Assembly (NCBI RefSeq): GCF_964188315.1
Contig: NC_135664.1
Coordinates: forward strand, 47,554,001 to 47,618,000
Reading direction: 5' to 3'
Length of the DNA: 64,000 bases
Source of the DNA: Podarcis muralis
Taxonomy: Eukaryota
Under the pieces are notes generated by a model. It was not told where the DNA came from, did no database searches, and saw only the letters and a list, made by a program, of their open reading frames with translations. The position numbers were made by a program, and so were the translations under genes. Position 1 is the stretch's first letter, and every line of letters starts with the position of its first letter. This document shows positions 49,181 through 61,797 of the stretch, one piece after another.

Positions 49181-49400
49181 AAGAATTGTAGCATTGGAAG
49201 GGACCCGAAGGGTCATCTAGTCCAACTCCCTGCAATGCAGAAATCTCAGCTAAATTATCCATGATAGATGGCCATTAAACCTCTGCTTAAAAACCAGTTA
49301 AGGATAGTCCACGGCTTCCCGAGGGAGATCATTCCAATGTTGAACAGCTCTTATTGTCAGAAAGTTCTTCCTGCTGTTTAATCAGAAACTCCTTTCTTGT
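49181..49400 (-). mobile_element. CR1 LINE 3' fragment
   Basis: aagaattgtag..ggaagggacccgaagggtcatctagtccaac...gaaagttcttcct, typical of the reverse complement of the CR1 3' end. Confidence 0.75.
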
Positions 49401-49939
49401 TTTAGACATCCTTGTATTTTTGCTATGTTGCCTTATACTGTAGTGTACAGTTAAACTTGTGCATTTATTGTACCAGTCCGCATACTGCCTCTCAGTTTTG
49501 TACTTCTATTGCATGGACTTGCCGTTTTCCCAGCATTTAAAATTAAATGTTTTACTTGTGATAATCCCTTGTGAGCAGAACAACTCTCCCTGCACATTGT
49601 CTGCACAATTGCATTAACTTTTTTTAAAAATTGAAGTCGTGTGCTTTCCCTGTTTATGATGGAGGGCTCATTTAGGCATATTTAAGGATAAACTTCAGCA
49701 TGACTATGTCCATCTCAGCGTGGTTGTCTGTCCTTGTGTTTTATTCATGATGTGCAGATGCCTTATAAAAAATGAGTAATCAGAGTGTGGCTATTTCACA
49801 GTAAATGACCATTGTGAAAGTAGCCCTAATTTTCTGCAATGTATTGCAAGGTTTCTCTTCACCTTCCTTAAATTTAATGGCTTTTTCTTTAAATTAATTT
49901 CAAGCATAATTAATTACACTTTTCCCCTTGTCACCATAG

Positions 49940-50063
49940 GCAAGAGATGCTGGAAGAGATGAAAAAGCAGGCCCAAAAGCAGAAAGAGCTGTTTTCTTGC
50001 CCAGAGGGACTGAGTTCTTCAGACAAGTTTATATGCCGCACCCCAAAAGTCACGTTCAACTAA
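49940..50063 (+). CDS. FAM227A: FAM227A terminal coding exon 15
   Basis: caccatag|G, phase 2, QEMLEEMKKQAQKQKELFSCPEG...KVTFN-TAA; AATAAA at 50094-50099; the 15 exons sum to 1623 nt (540 aa plus stop). Confidence 0.75.
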
Positions 50064-50488
50064 CTGACTTGTTAACTTACACGTGGCCCTAGCAATAAAT
50101 TTAGTTTTCTCTTTTTGAAATGAATGAGACTTAAGTTCAAATTGAATCTATTTGGGAGAAGCTCTTCTATAAACATTGTTACTATCTGCTTTATAAAAAG
50201 AATGTTTAAAGGAAATTAACCTACATTTGCTGCAAAGAGATGTACAAAAGCATTTCTGATTAGAAGCAATTGTGTATTACTGCATTACAGGAGTATGGTG
50301 AGCACTGGTTGAGAGGGAGTTTCCTTCCATTAATTCAGGCATGTCATTTATGTTGAAATCTTTTAAGAGGGGGGTTCTCATTTTTATACCACTGTTTGGC
50401 CGTGTCCATTTCAATAATATATTGACTATGAATGGGACTTAAAAACAAGGCTCAGATATATCCTAGGCTAGACAGACTAAGTATAAAG

Positions 50489-50626
50489 CAGGGGTGTGGA
50501 TTTTGGGACTCTCCATATGTTGCTAGATTACACCTGTCATCATCTCTGATCATTAGCCACACCAGCTGGGGTTTATGGAAACTGGAATCCAGCAACCTCA
50601 GAAGAATCACAGGTTACCCATGCCTG
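50489..50626. mobile_element. Decayed palindromic hAT MITE
   Basis: caggggtgtgg...cccatgcctg ends, TSD gtataaag versus gtttagag (6/8). Confidence 0.65.
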
Positions 50627-53139
50627 GTTTAGAGGCACCTGGAAGCTGTCTTTAGAAATTTTATTTTTGCTGCCTAGATCTCTATTCATCTTCTAGATCT
50701 TAGCATACCTTACTTGGAAAGCTATATTTAAGCATATGTGTTTTCTCTTCACCTTATTTTCTGTTTTCATGAAAATCAAATTGTAATATTTACCTTTAAG
50801 GGGCAGCATTTAGAGATGTTACAAATCCAAACCTACAGTCCATTGCTTTTGAAAATCTACCATTATGCACTGAAATAATGGCTTTTTGCAATATCCATAT
50901 ATTTAATACAACTCAGTCATTTACATTATTTCAACAGTGCATTACAACTGTCAGTACATATTTCATGCAGTTATTTTGAACACAATGCAGAGAAACACTA
51001 ATTTAGTACACTTCAAAGGTCTGAACTTGTGTTTGACAATATTTGATTAAAATCAGAATTGACTACCTTTTTCAATGATTTCAAAGGCTCCTTAATCAAT
51101 GCTGTGACACAAGGCAGTATGATCTTTCTCTACTTCACATGTTACCCTGCAGCCCAGTGAACTGAATGTGCTGGTCTTCAGTGTTGGTGGTCTCAGGGAT
51201 GCAGCATTTAGTATTTTATGCCCATAAAAGTACTGTGATAAATCTATGGAGTACCTGTGTTTCATTATTACAAATCTATGAAGAATATATCAAATTTAGT
51301 TTCCCTGAGACATAGTGATCTGGGGAAACAATTGTAACAGGACATCAGTTCTATCTAGCCCAAGTTTACCTTTTCACATTTTATAATCCCAGCAATAAAA
51401 GGAGGAGTTAGAGGATTACATGAGCAATCCTACTGAAATTCTTTTTTCTTTCTTTTTTTTACTATTAGTTTGCAAAAAACATGCCCAAGTTAACATTTTC
51501 TGTCCTTGGAAGAAGAAATCTTTTGGTGTAGTGGTCTTATATAAAATACCCAGACATGTAGCAATGTCCATAAAAACATCACTTGCCAACTTCTTAACTC
51601 TGAACCAAAAAAGGCAATTGTGGTCAAGCTGAGAAATCCTGGCAATTAGCCATTTCTTACAGACATTCTGACACAATTTCTTTTAGTTCTGTACCAGGGA
51701 AGTACATACTGGTCTGATCCAGTTTGCCAGATTTCGTGCTGTTTTGCATGGACTGAGAAGAAGGTGCCCATCTCCAAATATTTGAAGTTACAACTGCCAA
51801 TCCTCTTGCAATAGCCACGTTCAACAGTGCGAACTGGAGAGTAAGGCTATGTTTGTACTCCTGCATTTCTGAACCATAGATTTAAGTACTGGGATATAGT
51901 CAAGGTGCATATGAAATAGTTTTAAAATTGTGTCTCTAAGCATGTACAGAATACCTTTCCCTCATCACTGAAAAGAATCACATCCCATCAATCCCAATGA
52001 ATTTGAGCAAAGAGCTGGCCCCTCTATTTTTAGTAAATAAGTACTGTTCTGTCCCATAATAAAGTTTCCATTGGGAGTGTGAATGGTGACAGTGGCCATA
52101 TATGGCTCCCATATGTGAGCAAACATGTTAAACGTCTTGTACATGTCCCATAAGAAGTACTATGAATCTGTTTGTCCTTTAACATCACCTATGAAGCTGC
52201 TGCTCCATATCCCCTTGCAGTCTGATGTGTGACAGAAGGATACAGTGAATGGGCCCTTTTCTGTAGTGGTGTCTAGTAGACAACATTTCTCAACCAGTTA
52301 GCCTGGCCCAATTACTGCTCATTTTCTGGCTACTGGCCAACACTCTCGGTTGGCAGGCTTTTAAAAGTATGATTTTTATTAACATGATGCTGAAGTTGTT
52401 TGCGCTGATGGTGTATTTTACTGGTAGTTTTGATGTGTGCTTTGTTTTGATCGTATTTTAGTTACTGTTTTAACTTATCGTTTGCTGCCCTATTCCCAAA
52501 AGGTAGCATATAAATGTTGAAAGTAAATAAAATGCTTTCAGATTCTGTGTTTATATGATTCTAAGCGGCCTAATCCTTTCTGTGCTGCCTTTTCCCTTTC
52601 TAAGAATTTTAAGAATTTTAAAGGATATGTAGCAGAATCTCTCTCTCTCTCCAGACTTGCCATGTACCAAATTCATACCAAATTCAAAATGTAAGATAAG
52701 AATTCATGGGCCTGATCCTCTTTGCAGATGGTAGAGGCCAAATTCTTATTACTCTGGTATAGCCAGACAGAAGCCTGCAAGTGTGAACATGTTCCCAAAG
52801 CATGGCCCAATAGCACAACCAACTGGTGCATTCATACATTTGTCTCTTTGATACGTTCTTACATAGGTTTGCTTTGTTTCCTGAGAATGTGTTTGATTTG
52901 TTTGCTTCTCCTAATCCATGTACAGTTAAAGATTGCAATAAAAAAAACCCCTGCTAATCTTTGTTGGCTTTCCTCATTGCTCTCTCCTCCATCCAGCTCC
53001 CTCACTCTTCAATGTCCCTACTCATTGCTGGGCTGTGAACCAGTCAGGATCTCAACATTACAGGCCATTTTTCTTTTAAGATATATCTCCCCCCCCCCCT
53101 TTTGGACTGGTTGATGGCTGCACTGAACATGATTTAAAC

Positions 53140-53275
53140 CAGGCATAGGCAAACTCAGCCCTCCAGATGTTTTGGGACTACAACTCCCATCATCCCTGAC
53201 CACTGGACCTGTTAGCTAGGGATTATGGGAGTTGTAGTCCCAAAACATCTGGAGGGCCGAGTTTGCCTATGCCTG
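53140..53275. mobile_element. Palindromic hAT MITE (136 bp, young)
   Basis: Arms of about 55 bp are almost perfectly self-complementary; perfect 8-bp TSD atttaaac. Confidence 0.93.
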
Positions 53276-55773
53276 ATTTAAACCCATAGTTAGACTTGCA
53301 GCTACTGTTCTTGGGTGAGACTGAGGGGTGGCCTGGGCACTTAATACATAGTGAGAAGGAGGCTCGGTGTAGTTGGACAGGATATCTGGTAGTTTTCTGG
53401 ATATCTGCCTCCTCGGGTTCTCTGGAGAAAATACATAAAATACATAAAAACTGAGGCCAAGGGGACAGGCTGTTTTCTGTCTTGGGAGCCATTTTACTGC
53501 TAGCGCCACATCCTTCAGACTGTGGCTCCAAAACCATCTGCACGCTGCCCTAGTAGGTGAAATGGAGGATATGTTCTCAGTGGCTACAAGTCACAATGGG
53601 TATATGCCGAACTTCCCGAAAGCATCAGGTTTAGTCGCTGTGAGAGACAGGATGGTGTCTAGGTCTTTAGTCCGATCCACCAGGGCTCTTCCATTGACAC
53701 CGCATGGTCCCTCTAAGCACCACCAGGCTGTGCCCTTGATCTGTCAAAATGCCTGCAACTTTGCTCCAAGGTTTCCTCAGGAGATCTAGCAACCCCTGTA
53801 GATATAACATCTATATTCTTCTTCTGGTGTAAATATGGATAGGATTGAAGCATTTGTCATCTTTGAGGTGGTGGTGGTTTTTTTTTAATATACATTCCCC
53901 AGCTACCCAGAGTATAGCTGGAAGCCATTTTGGCTTCATTTTTCTCCTCAGATCTGGCAGCTCTGTCTAGCAGCTTTTACACCTTTTTTCTTCCAACGCT
54001 GGAGTGTGAATCCCAGAGTGTGTAGCAGAAGCAGACTTGCTTGTTTAAACCAAGTCAGCCTCAGTCATATGTTACCACAGAGGCTGGGGAAAGGTTTGAT
54101 TTATTGGGCAGGAGAGGTGAGGGGGAGGTAAGAAAGGCTGAACATAAAAATTGATACATCTGAACATTTTAAAAAACTCTAACCCTATCACAATCTGAAA
54201 TAATACATCATCTCTCCTTTGTAACGTCTCAGGGTTTTAGTTTGCTTTTCAGGGCATCCAGGAGGAAGTAAATGTCATGGTAAAAAGAAGCACCGGAAAA
54301 AAATGCTCTTTCCCACCATACATTATTCTGAGCCTTCTCTGCCACTTGAATGCTTAAACTGCCCTCCTTTTTCTGGCACATTCTTCTAGTTTTAGTATAT
54401 ATTTACTATCTTTCTGTCAAAGTGCTGGAGGGTCAGAAACAATAAAAAAATACGAAAAACACATGAGAAAGAGGGCCATGACCTTGCACTGGATATATTA
54501 GAAGAGTGCCACTAATTTTTACCTCAAAAAAAGATACTAGTATGGGTGGATTCACATTACTGTTTCTTTCAGCATCAGGTGATTTCTTTTAGTAATGTGA
54601 TGAGAACCGTATGGCACTGGAATGGTTTCAGTGATACACTGGTGAGTCATGGCGAGTGCTCTCACCTCACATACCTAAAAAAAATACCTCACAATTAGTA
54701 AAACAGTCACCTGAGTCTGTTTCATTTTCACTTTGCGGCACTGGAACTTGAGGTAGAGAACATACAGTACTTATAGCCTCACTTCTGCCTGATACGTAGC
54801 GCCACTATCAAAAAATGAGAATGGACACAGTTGTATAATTTAAAATATATCTATTTAAACCGGTATCATGGTCAAGAAAGCTGGGAACAATGAGAAAACA
54901 ATGTGCAAGTATGATGTGATCTTCAATAAATAGGCAAGATGTTATAAAAAGGAGTTACAACATGTCCATCTTTTTAATTGGATGCTTCCCATCTGTCATT
55001 ACCAAGGAGCGGGTGGTTATGTTACCTCAGGAAAATATTTTTACCTTTTCCTAAAGTTATTTTGAAACATGACGATTACGAATTAGTGGTTTTTCGCTCT
55101 CCCAGTGTTAAATCACTTGTCACTTCAATAGCATATTGTTGAATTGAAACTGAGTGATTGGATGGCAGATGCCATTCTTTTCTTCAAGTTGAGAGCATTC
55201 CACAGTTTTAGCATCTGTGAAGAACAGAAACTGAAGACCAATCCATATTTTTGAGGTGCTGAGGTCTATGTATGGTGACTTGTTCACCTCATTTTCATGT
55301 GGGGAGCTCTTTACAGGAGGCTCACGTGAACATTTTCAAAATTATCACAACAGAAAAGAAAAACAAAAAGCTTTCAAAATCTGTATTTTCTTTTATATGG
55401 TAAATTTGGAGATTTTTTATGTGGGAACTCTCTTACACTATAGCTTTCATTTAATATCAAATGTTCCAATGCTCCATAACGGATGTGAGTCTCACAACCC
55501 AGGCTGAATAAATTAGCCATTGCTACCTCAGTGTGATGGAAGTCTTCAAGCATGTTGGAATCAAACAACTCTCTCTTAAATCTATGATAAAACTATTCAG
55601 TACACTTAGTCCCTTCTTGGTCATGCTATATAAGTGACGAAGGCTGCCGTCTTACATGAAGTGCACACACCAGACCCATAAAAGAGTTGCATATCTTATT
55701 GCTTTATATGCTTTTACACTCTCCAATTGCTTCCTGCAGCACTGATTGAAATCTTACTATATCTTGTATTACA

Positions 55774-55830
55774 ATGAAGTCCATGGAGGATCAAGTTGTG
55801 CAGGAAGAACCAGGATTCCAGGATGATGAG
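55774..55830 (+). CDS. DMC1: Meiotic recombinase DMC1, coding exon 1 (exon acceptor at 55739/55740)
   Basis: MKSMEDQVVQEEPGFQDDE, donor GAG|gtatag; a second in-frame ATG lies at 55783. Confidence 0.93.
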
Positions 55831-56512
55831 GTATAGATGCAAAGTTTGTTTTGTCTGGATTCCTCAAGAAAATTATATAAAATGGAATAAAGCATTCATT
55901 TTTTAGTAAACAAAATGGTTCATATTTGAGTAAACTTAGAAGATGTGCATACTCATATAATTTTGCGGGGTGGCAACTTGAAAGGGGGCATTCTCTAAGG
56001 GCAGCCCCTAAGCTGCCCACATAGGCGCATCTGGCACTTTTATAGTATAGCTTTCATCATAAGCTGAAATGCACCTCTCTTTATCCTGGCCTTTAGCACC
56101 TGAGATGCATGTTTTAGGACCCACCCTATTCTTTTGACTGTAAATTGTTTTAACTGATTTTAATGTTGTATTTTTATATTGCCTGGGACCATATGGTGAA
56201 GGTTGGGTTAAAAAAATCAAATTAATTCATTACAATTAATTAATTGCCACTATTAAAGAAACGGCCAGTGCTTTTTTTCTAGAAAAATAGGTGCAGGTAC
56301 TCAGCATAAAGTTGTTACAGTACGTGCCATACTTTTTAACCAAAAAAGTGGTCCTGGTACTGCGTACCTTTGAGCATGGAGAAAACCCTTTAAAAGTAAT
56401 CCTTGCTCTGGGATAAAATAAAGTTAGTTGGTTGACCAAAGTGAGAGATGTGTGCATAAATATCAAAATAACAAAGATTCTGGTAGCTGCCTTTGTTTTT
56501 GCATCCCTTTAG

Positions 56513-56557
56513 GAGTCCTTTTTCCAGGACATCGACCTGCTACAGAAGCATGGAATT
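56513..56557 (+). CDS. DMC1: DMC1 coding exon 2
   Basis: 45 nt, ESFFQDIDLLQKHGI. Confidence 0.97.
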
Positions 56558-56994
56558 GTAAGCACACTTAAAAAATGATTCTGTATCCTTATTTGCCTTT
56601 CTATTCTCTGTTTGAGCTCTGACTGCTATTATGAAGCGGGCGTCACATCCTTAATTTCAAGCAAGAAAACATAAAATTTTCAGTCTTTTATAGTAATCAA
56701 GATTACTTGGACTATGTGTACACTACTGTTAAACTGAGATAAGCTGTGGTGGCCAGGTGAAAAAGACCATTGTGTCTGCTGAAATTCCTTCTTCTACACA
56801 ACTTACAAAGCTGCAAGTACTCTGTCTTTTTTTTATTTTTACCTGGCCATCCTAAAGGTAATGACTAACATAAATGCAGCCTGTACCCAAAAAGATACTC
56901 AGCTGTTCCATTGCTCGTGTCATAATCTACTGCACTGGAACTGCTTTTATTACCTTCACAGAGAAATTATTAAATGTCCACTACATTCAGAAAA

Positions 56995-57355
56995 GGGACA
57001 CGGGTGGCGCTGTGGGTAAAAGCCTCAGTGCCTAGGGCTTGCCGATCGAAAGGTCGGCGGTTCGAATCCCTGCGGCGGGGTGCGCTCCCGTTGCTCAGTC
57101 CCAGCGCCTGCCAACCTAGCAGTTCGAAAGCATCCCCGGGTGCAAGTAGATAAATAGGGACCGCTCTGGCGGGAAGGTAAACGGCGTTTCTGTGTGCTGC
57201 GCTGGCTCGCCAGATGCAGCTTGTCACGCTGGCCACGTGACTCGGAAGTGTCTGCGGACAGCGCTGGCTCCCGGCCTATAGAGTGAGATGAGCGCACAAC
57301 CCTGGAGTCTGTCAAGACTGGCCCGTACGGGCAGGGGTACCTTTACCTTTACCTT
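56995..57355 (+). mobile_element. Sauria SINE, full length
   Basis: 13-bp TSD tacattcagaaaa. Confidence 0.93.
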
Positions 57356-57583
57356 TACATTCAGAAAAAATACAATGAATGCTCAGAGAACTACAGGGTA
57401 TAAATACTCCTATCTGGATGTCTCCAGAAAATATAGAAATGGCACAGCTTAATATTCTTAGAAATCAGGGATGGGGGGAACCTGAGACTCTCCAGATGTT
57501 GTTGGACTTCAGTTCCCATCCATTGCTGCCAGCATGGCCAATTGATAGAGGTAATAGGAGTTGTAGTCCAGCAACATTTAGAG

Positions 57584-57719
57584 CAGTGTTTCCCAACCTT
57601 GGGCCTCCAACTGCTTTTGAACTACAATTCCCATCATTCCTGACCACTGGTCTTGCTAGCTAGGGATGATGGGAGTTGTAGTCCAATAACAGCTGGAGGC
57701 CCAAGGTTGGGAAACACTG
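57584..57719. mobile_element. Palindromic hAT MITE nested in an older MITE
   Basis: TIR cagtgtttcccaaccttgggcctcca, perfect TSD atttagag. Confidence 0.92.
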
Positions 57720-57735
57720 ATTTAGAGGGTTACAG

Positions 57736-57870
57736 CAGGCACAGCAAACTTGGCCCTCCAGATGTTTCAGACTACAACTTCCATCATCCCTGACCACTTG
57801 TCCTGTTAGCTAGGGATGATGGGAGTTGGTAGTCCCAAAACATCTGGAGGGCTGAGTTTGTCTATGCCTG
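57736..57870. mobile_element. Palindromic hAT MITE (same family as 53140)
   Basis: caggca..gcaaact and agtttgtctatgcctg ends; TSD ggttacag versus ggttatag. Confidence 0.88.
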
Positions 57871-58259
57871 GGTTATAGGTTCTCCATTTGTGTAATACAT
57901 CATTCTTCCCTGTTGTGCAATTTTGCCTTGGATTTCCAGCTGCTTAGGAAAACAAGGAGACCCAAGCAATATATAGGCGCCACATTCATTCTGCTAATTT
58001 ATTTTCATAATGCTGATCCAGCCTTTCTTTCTGAAAAGGACCTGACTAAAAAACACACCACAGAGTAGAAATCAAGATACACTTACATTTATTGATTAAA
58101 ATGAGATAAAAATAAATATAATTAGAAAACCTGCACCAAAAACCATTTCTAAGCCCTCCTAATTTTAGTGAGGAACAAGATTTTGGTTTATTAACCTCTC
58201 TGATATATGTAACATCTCATGAACATCAAGAGTTCTAATCCTTTTTATGTCCTTTACAG

Positions 58260-58406
58260 AATGTGGCTGATATTAAAAAGCTGAAAACAGTGGGAATTTG
58301 TACAATCAAAGGAATTCAGATGACAACTAGGCGGGCACTATGCAATGTTAAGGGACTCTCAGAGGCCAAAGTGGAGAAGATAAAAGAGGCAGCCAACAAA
58401 CTTATA
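58260..58406 (+). CDS. DMC1: DMC1 coding exon 3
   Basis: 147 nt, NVADIKKLKTVGICTIKGIQMTTRRALCNVKGLSEAKVEKIKEAANKLI. Confidence 0.98.
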
Positions 58407-58566
58407 GTAAGCAAACACTAGCACTCCATCCATTTCTCACTGGTACCATAAGATGGAATATAATCATGACTGCTTTATTGAAACCCTCATATTAAATATT
58501 TGTACCAGTTAATGTGCCTGGCAAGCCACCATAACTTCACCCAGGAATGGTTGGCAATCCAGTACA

Positions 58567-58599
<33 letters not shown>

Positions 58600-59300
58600 C
58601 TTAGACTAACTGTTGGTATATTCCTAGCTAAGTACTTTCTTGTCCAAAACACTTATCTTAGAGGTCAATTTCACATATTATGGAAGCTGTGTTTTTCTAT
58701 AATGAGCCATTGCGAGGCAGTTCAATGCATTTGTTTCACCACATTAACTTTGAAAGCATGCAGCAAGAGAACCATGGCTTTCTGCAATTTGTACTCATGG
58801 TAAACACATCGTAAAATAAATGTGTAGCTGCTTCACATGTTTTAGAGATCATTGTCAAAACATGCAGTAAACATGTAATTAATTCACTAGTTCAGTAGTT
58901 GGAAATTGCCTTCTAATCAGACATCAGCTATCACAGAAACAGAGGAAATGCATCACAAAATGGACAAAATATGGCACACACCTGCATATGCTACTTCATA
59001 TGTGCAAATTTAGAAAGAATGTGTTGTATGTATCCAATGGTGTTGATCAGTCAATTGACTTCTATCAGAAGGACTGGGTGGGAAGCAATTTCCAGCTATA
59101 TCCCCTCCCCACTGCAGCCTCCTGTGTCCTCCTAAATCTCCTCTAGGGGGTTCTCCTAACACTCTGGGGTAGATCTGGAAGTTTGGGGGAGGGAGGGAAA
59201 CATGAAAAATTGCTTCTCTCTTCATTCCACTGAGCACAACCTTATAGTCAGCTGATGGACCAGACAGCCCTGCAAGTAGAGGACTCTTCTCTATTAAGTA

Positions 59301-59430
59301 GGGAAGGGTCGTGGCTACAGCACATGCTTAGCATGCCAAAGGTTCCAGGTTCAATCTTCAGTATGTCCTGATAGGGCTGGGAGATATCCCCTGTCTGAAA
59401 TCTAGGATTGCAGCTGCCAGTTAGTGTAGA
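59301..59430 (+). mobile_element. Decayed tRNA-derived squamate SINE (Squam3-like)
   Basis: gcatgccaaaggttccaggttcaatc B-box region followed by gctgccagttagtgtagac; family name from memory. Confidence 0.5.
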
Positions 59431-59540
59431 CCAGGGTTGGGGAATGTGTGGCCATCTAGATGTTGTGGGACTAGAGCTCCCATCATCCTTGATCATTGTT
59501 TATGCTGATTAAGGTTTCAACCACTTTGTGCTTCTTACAG

Positions 59541-59623
59541 GAACCAGGATTTTTGACAGCTTTTGAGTACAGTGAGAAACGTAGGATGGTGTTCCATATT
59601 ACCACTGGAAGTCAAGAATTTGA
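59541..59623 (+). CDS. DMC1: DMC1 coding exon 4
   Basis: 83 nt, EPGFLTAFEYSEKRRMVFHITTGSQEF. Confidence 0.98.
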
Positions 59624-61248
59624 GTTAGTAAACAGCCAACACTGCTTTTTATTTAACTCAGTATTTCAAGAAGCTTTCATTGTTGCTGCTTGTTTTGTTG
59701 TTTGTTTGTTTGCTAACAAGTTCTATATCCAGACCCAATTTAATAGCTAACAGTGTCACACTATGCATGCTACTCTGAAACAAGTCCTGTTAAATTCAAT
59801 GGACCTTACTCCCAGGCAAGTGTGTGTATAGGATTGAAGCCTAATGATGCCAGGGCCATTATCCTGTCTTCTCCCAACTGAAGGTCCCAGGGAAGTCCAA
59901 GCTGATGTCCTGACACTCCTTATAGGACAGAGGATGCAATCCCAAGAGCAGGGTCAAGACAAAGGAAGTCCAGTCAAGTAATTGAGTCAAAACTGACAAT
60001 TCAGTAAGGGTAGGCTAGGGATGGGAAACCTGTGTCCCTCTAGCTGTTGTTGGACCACAGTTCCCATGAGCAGGAAATTTGTTGTATTCTAGCAACATCA
60101 GGAGGATTGCACATTCTGTAAATCTGGAGCAGTTGTCAAAACCTAACCAGGGAGGCAGGAAACACAAGGCAGCTTTTCATCCCCTGGAGAATTCAGAGTA
60201 CCCAGTGGTGGCTAGGGAGAGCTGTTGCCTCAGTAGTATGCGGAAGCCTTCTGAGTCTTCTGACTGAACTGCCTATCAGCAGTGTGAAGAGCTGTCTGTT
60301 CTTTTGAAAGGCCATTGCCCTTTTCTGTAAGCAGTACCTCCTACAGCACAAGAGATGACTTGGACAGGTGTCCATATTCTTGGCATGGTAGTGGGGGTGG
60401 AGGAGCAATGGATCCCCAAGTGATGTGCTCTTTCCCAGATGAATGAAGTCAAATAACAGGACAAGCCATGTTGTTTACTCCTCCTACTTTAAGAAAGAAA
60501 GAGCAGTTGGCAACTATATTATTAGGCAAAATGGGTGGCAATTAGTAGATAGGAGAAAATATGTACAAACCACATTTAAAGCACAAACTTCCTTTTTAAA
60601 AAAAAATATACTGTAGTGTACAAATAAGTGGCCTAAAGATCAATATATGGTAAAAGGTTAGAGTCCAACACAGTTTGGCAGGTTTAAGCTCATTTATTTC
60701 AATGAACAAGTGTAGCAAACTCCATGTTGGAATGTGGCCAAAATATTTAAATATCAGAAACTTTATGAACCAATTATTTATATCTTCCTCTTCTACTGCT
60801 TCTTCAGAACAAGCAAGTATATTAAGCCAACTTCAAACCATAGCTTAATATTGTGGCTTGTTCTGAAGATTTTAATTATAGCTTCCTGATTCAGATGAAA
60901 TGGGAAACAATGGAAGATTTTCTGGTTTATTTGCCAGTTTTTGCAAAGGGGCTGCATCTATGGCCAACAGGCTTGTCCATATCTTGTTTTAATGACTGTA
61001 CAAATGTTGTCATTTGATGTCACAACAGTAACCCTATAGTGTATATTCGAGATCTAAAAGAATAGCAATTCCCTGTAAGCTAGAAGCCAGCTAATAGCAA
61101 CCCATGTTGTCCCTACAGGCTGTGAAAATCACATGCAGGGTCTTTCAACATGGGCACACTTTTCTTAGAGCAAAAGGTTTATTTCATATTGCTTTCTTGG
61201 CTTTGTGACTTGTTCTGCATAACTTCTTCCCCTTATCTGCACTTCCAG

Positions 61249-61301
61249 TAAACTCTTGGGTGGTGGAATTGAAAGCATGGCAATTACTGAAGCCTTTGGG
61301 G
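61249..61301 (+). CDS. DMC1: DMC1 coding exon 5
   Basis: 53 nt, KLLGGGIESMAITEAFG (start of Walker A). Confidence 0.98.
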
Positions 61302-61755
61302 GTGAGTGAAAGTATATCATGGAACATGTTCACTTCCCTAAGCTATTACAAATGCGTGTTTGGGTGATACGATACTCTAGCTTGTTTGTAGAAATATTTG
61401 GGGGGCATACCCCTATTTTTGTAGTGCATGTATTTGCTGGGGATGTCTGCCATTAGTGTTTTTGGTGGGGCCATGTAAATGAGTAAAAAGGGTGAATGGG
61501 TAATTTAAAAGAAATATTTCTTTCAAGATCAGTTTAAGTTATGCCCTAAATTTCTTAAACTTAATCCAGCTTTGTGCAGTGTTCAGACAAACTTGCTAAA
61601 CATTAGCTGATGCATGGGGAGTTCAATTCTACTTTTTGCAGAAAGCAGCCCAAATAATGTGTGTGTGTGTGCGTTTGGGGCAGGTGGGGGGGGGGGAATA
61701 CTGACTATATTGTTTCATATGACTAGCAAATTTAATTCTTTATATTTTTAATTAG

Positions 61756-61797
61756 AATTCCGAACCGGCAAAACTCAGCTTTCCCACACTCTTTGTG
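61756..61797 (+). CDS. DMC1: DMC1 coding exon 6
   Basis: 42 nt, EFRTGKTQLSHTLC, completing Walker A GEFRTGKT. Confidence 0.98.

Noticed and set aside
52679-52730. EDQAHEFLSYILN resembling the USP QQDAHEFL box
   Set aside because: The invariant Asp is misplaced and there is no convincing Cys box at the right distance.
54596-54714. GTGATGA...CTGA pair as a C/D snoRNA
   Set aside because: 119-nt spacing, no terminal stem and no guide complementarity recognised.
57465-57890. Regularly recurring gggagttgtagtcc words suggesting a CRISPR-like array
   Set aside because: Explained by inverted arms of nested hAT MITEs in a vertebrate intron; no direct repeat-spacer periodicity.
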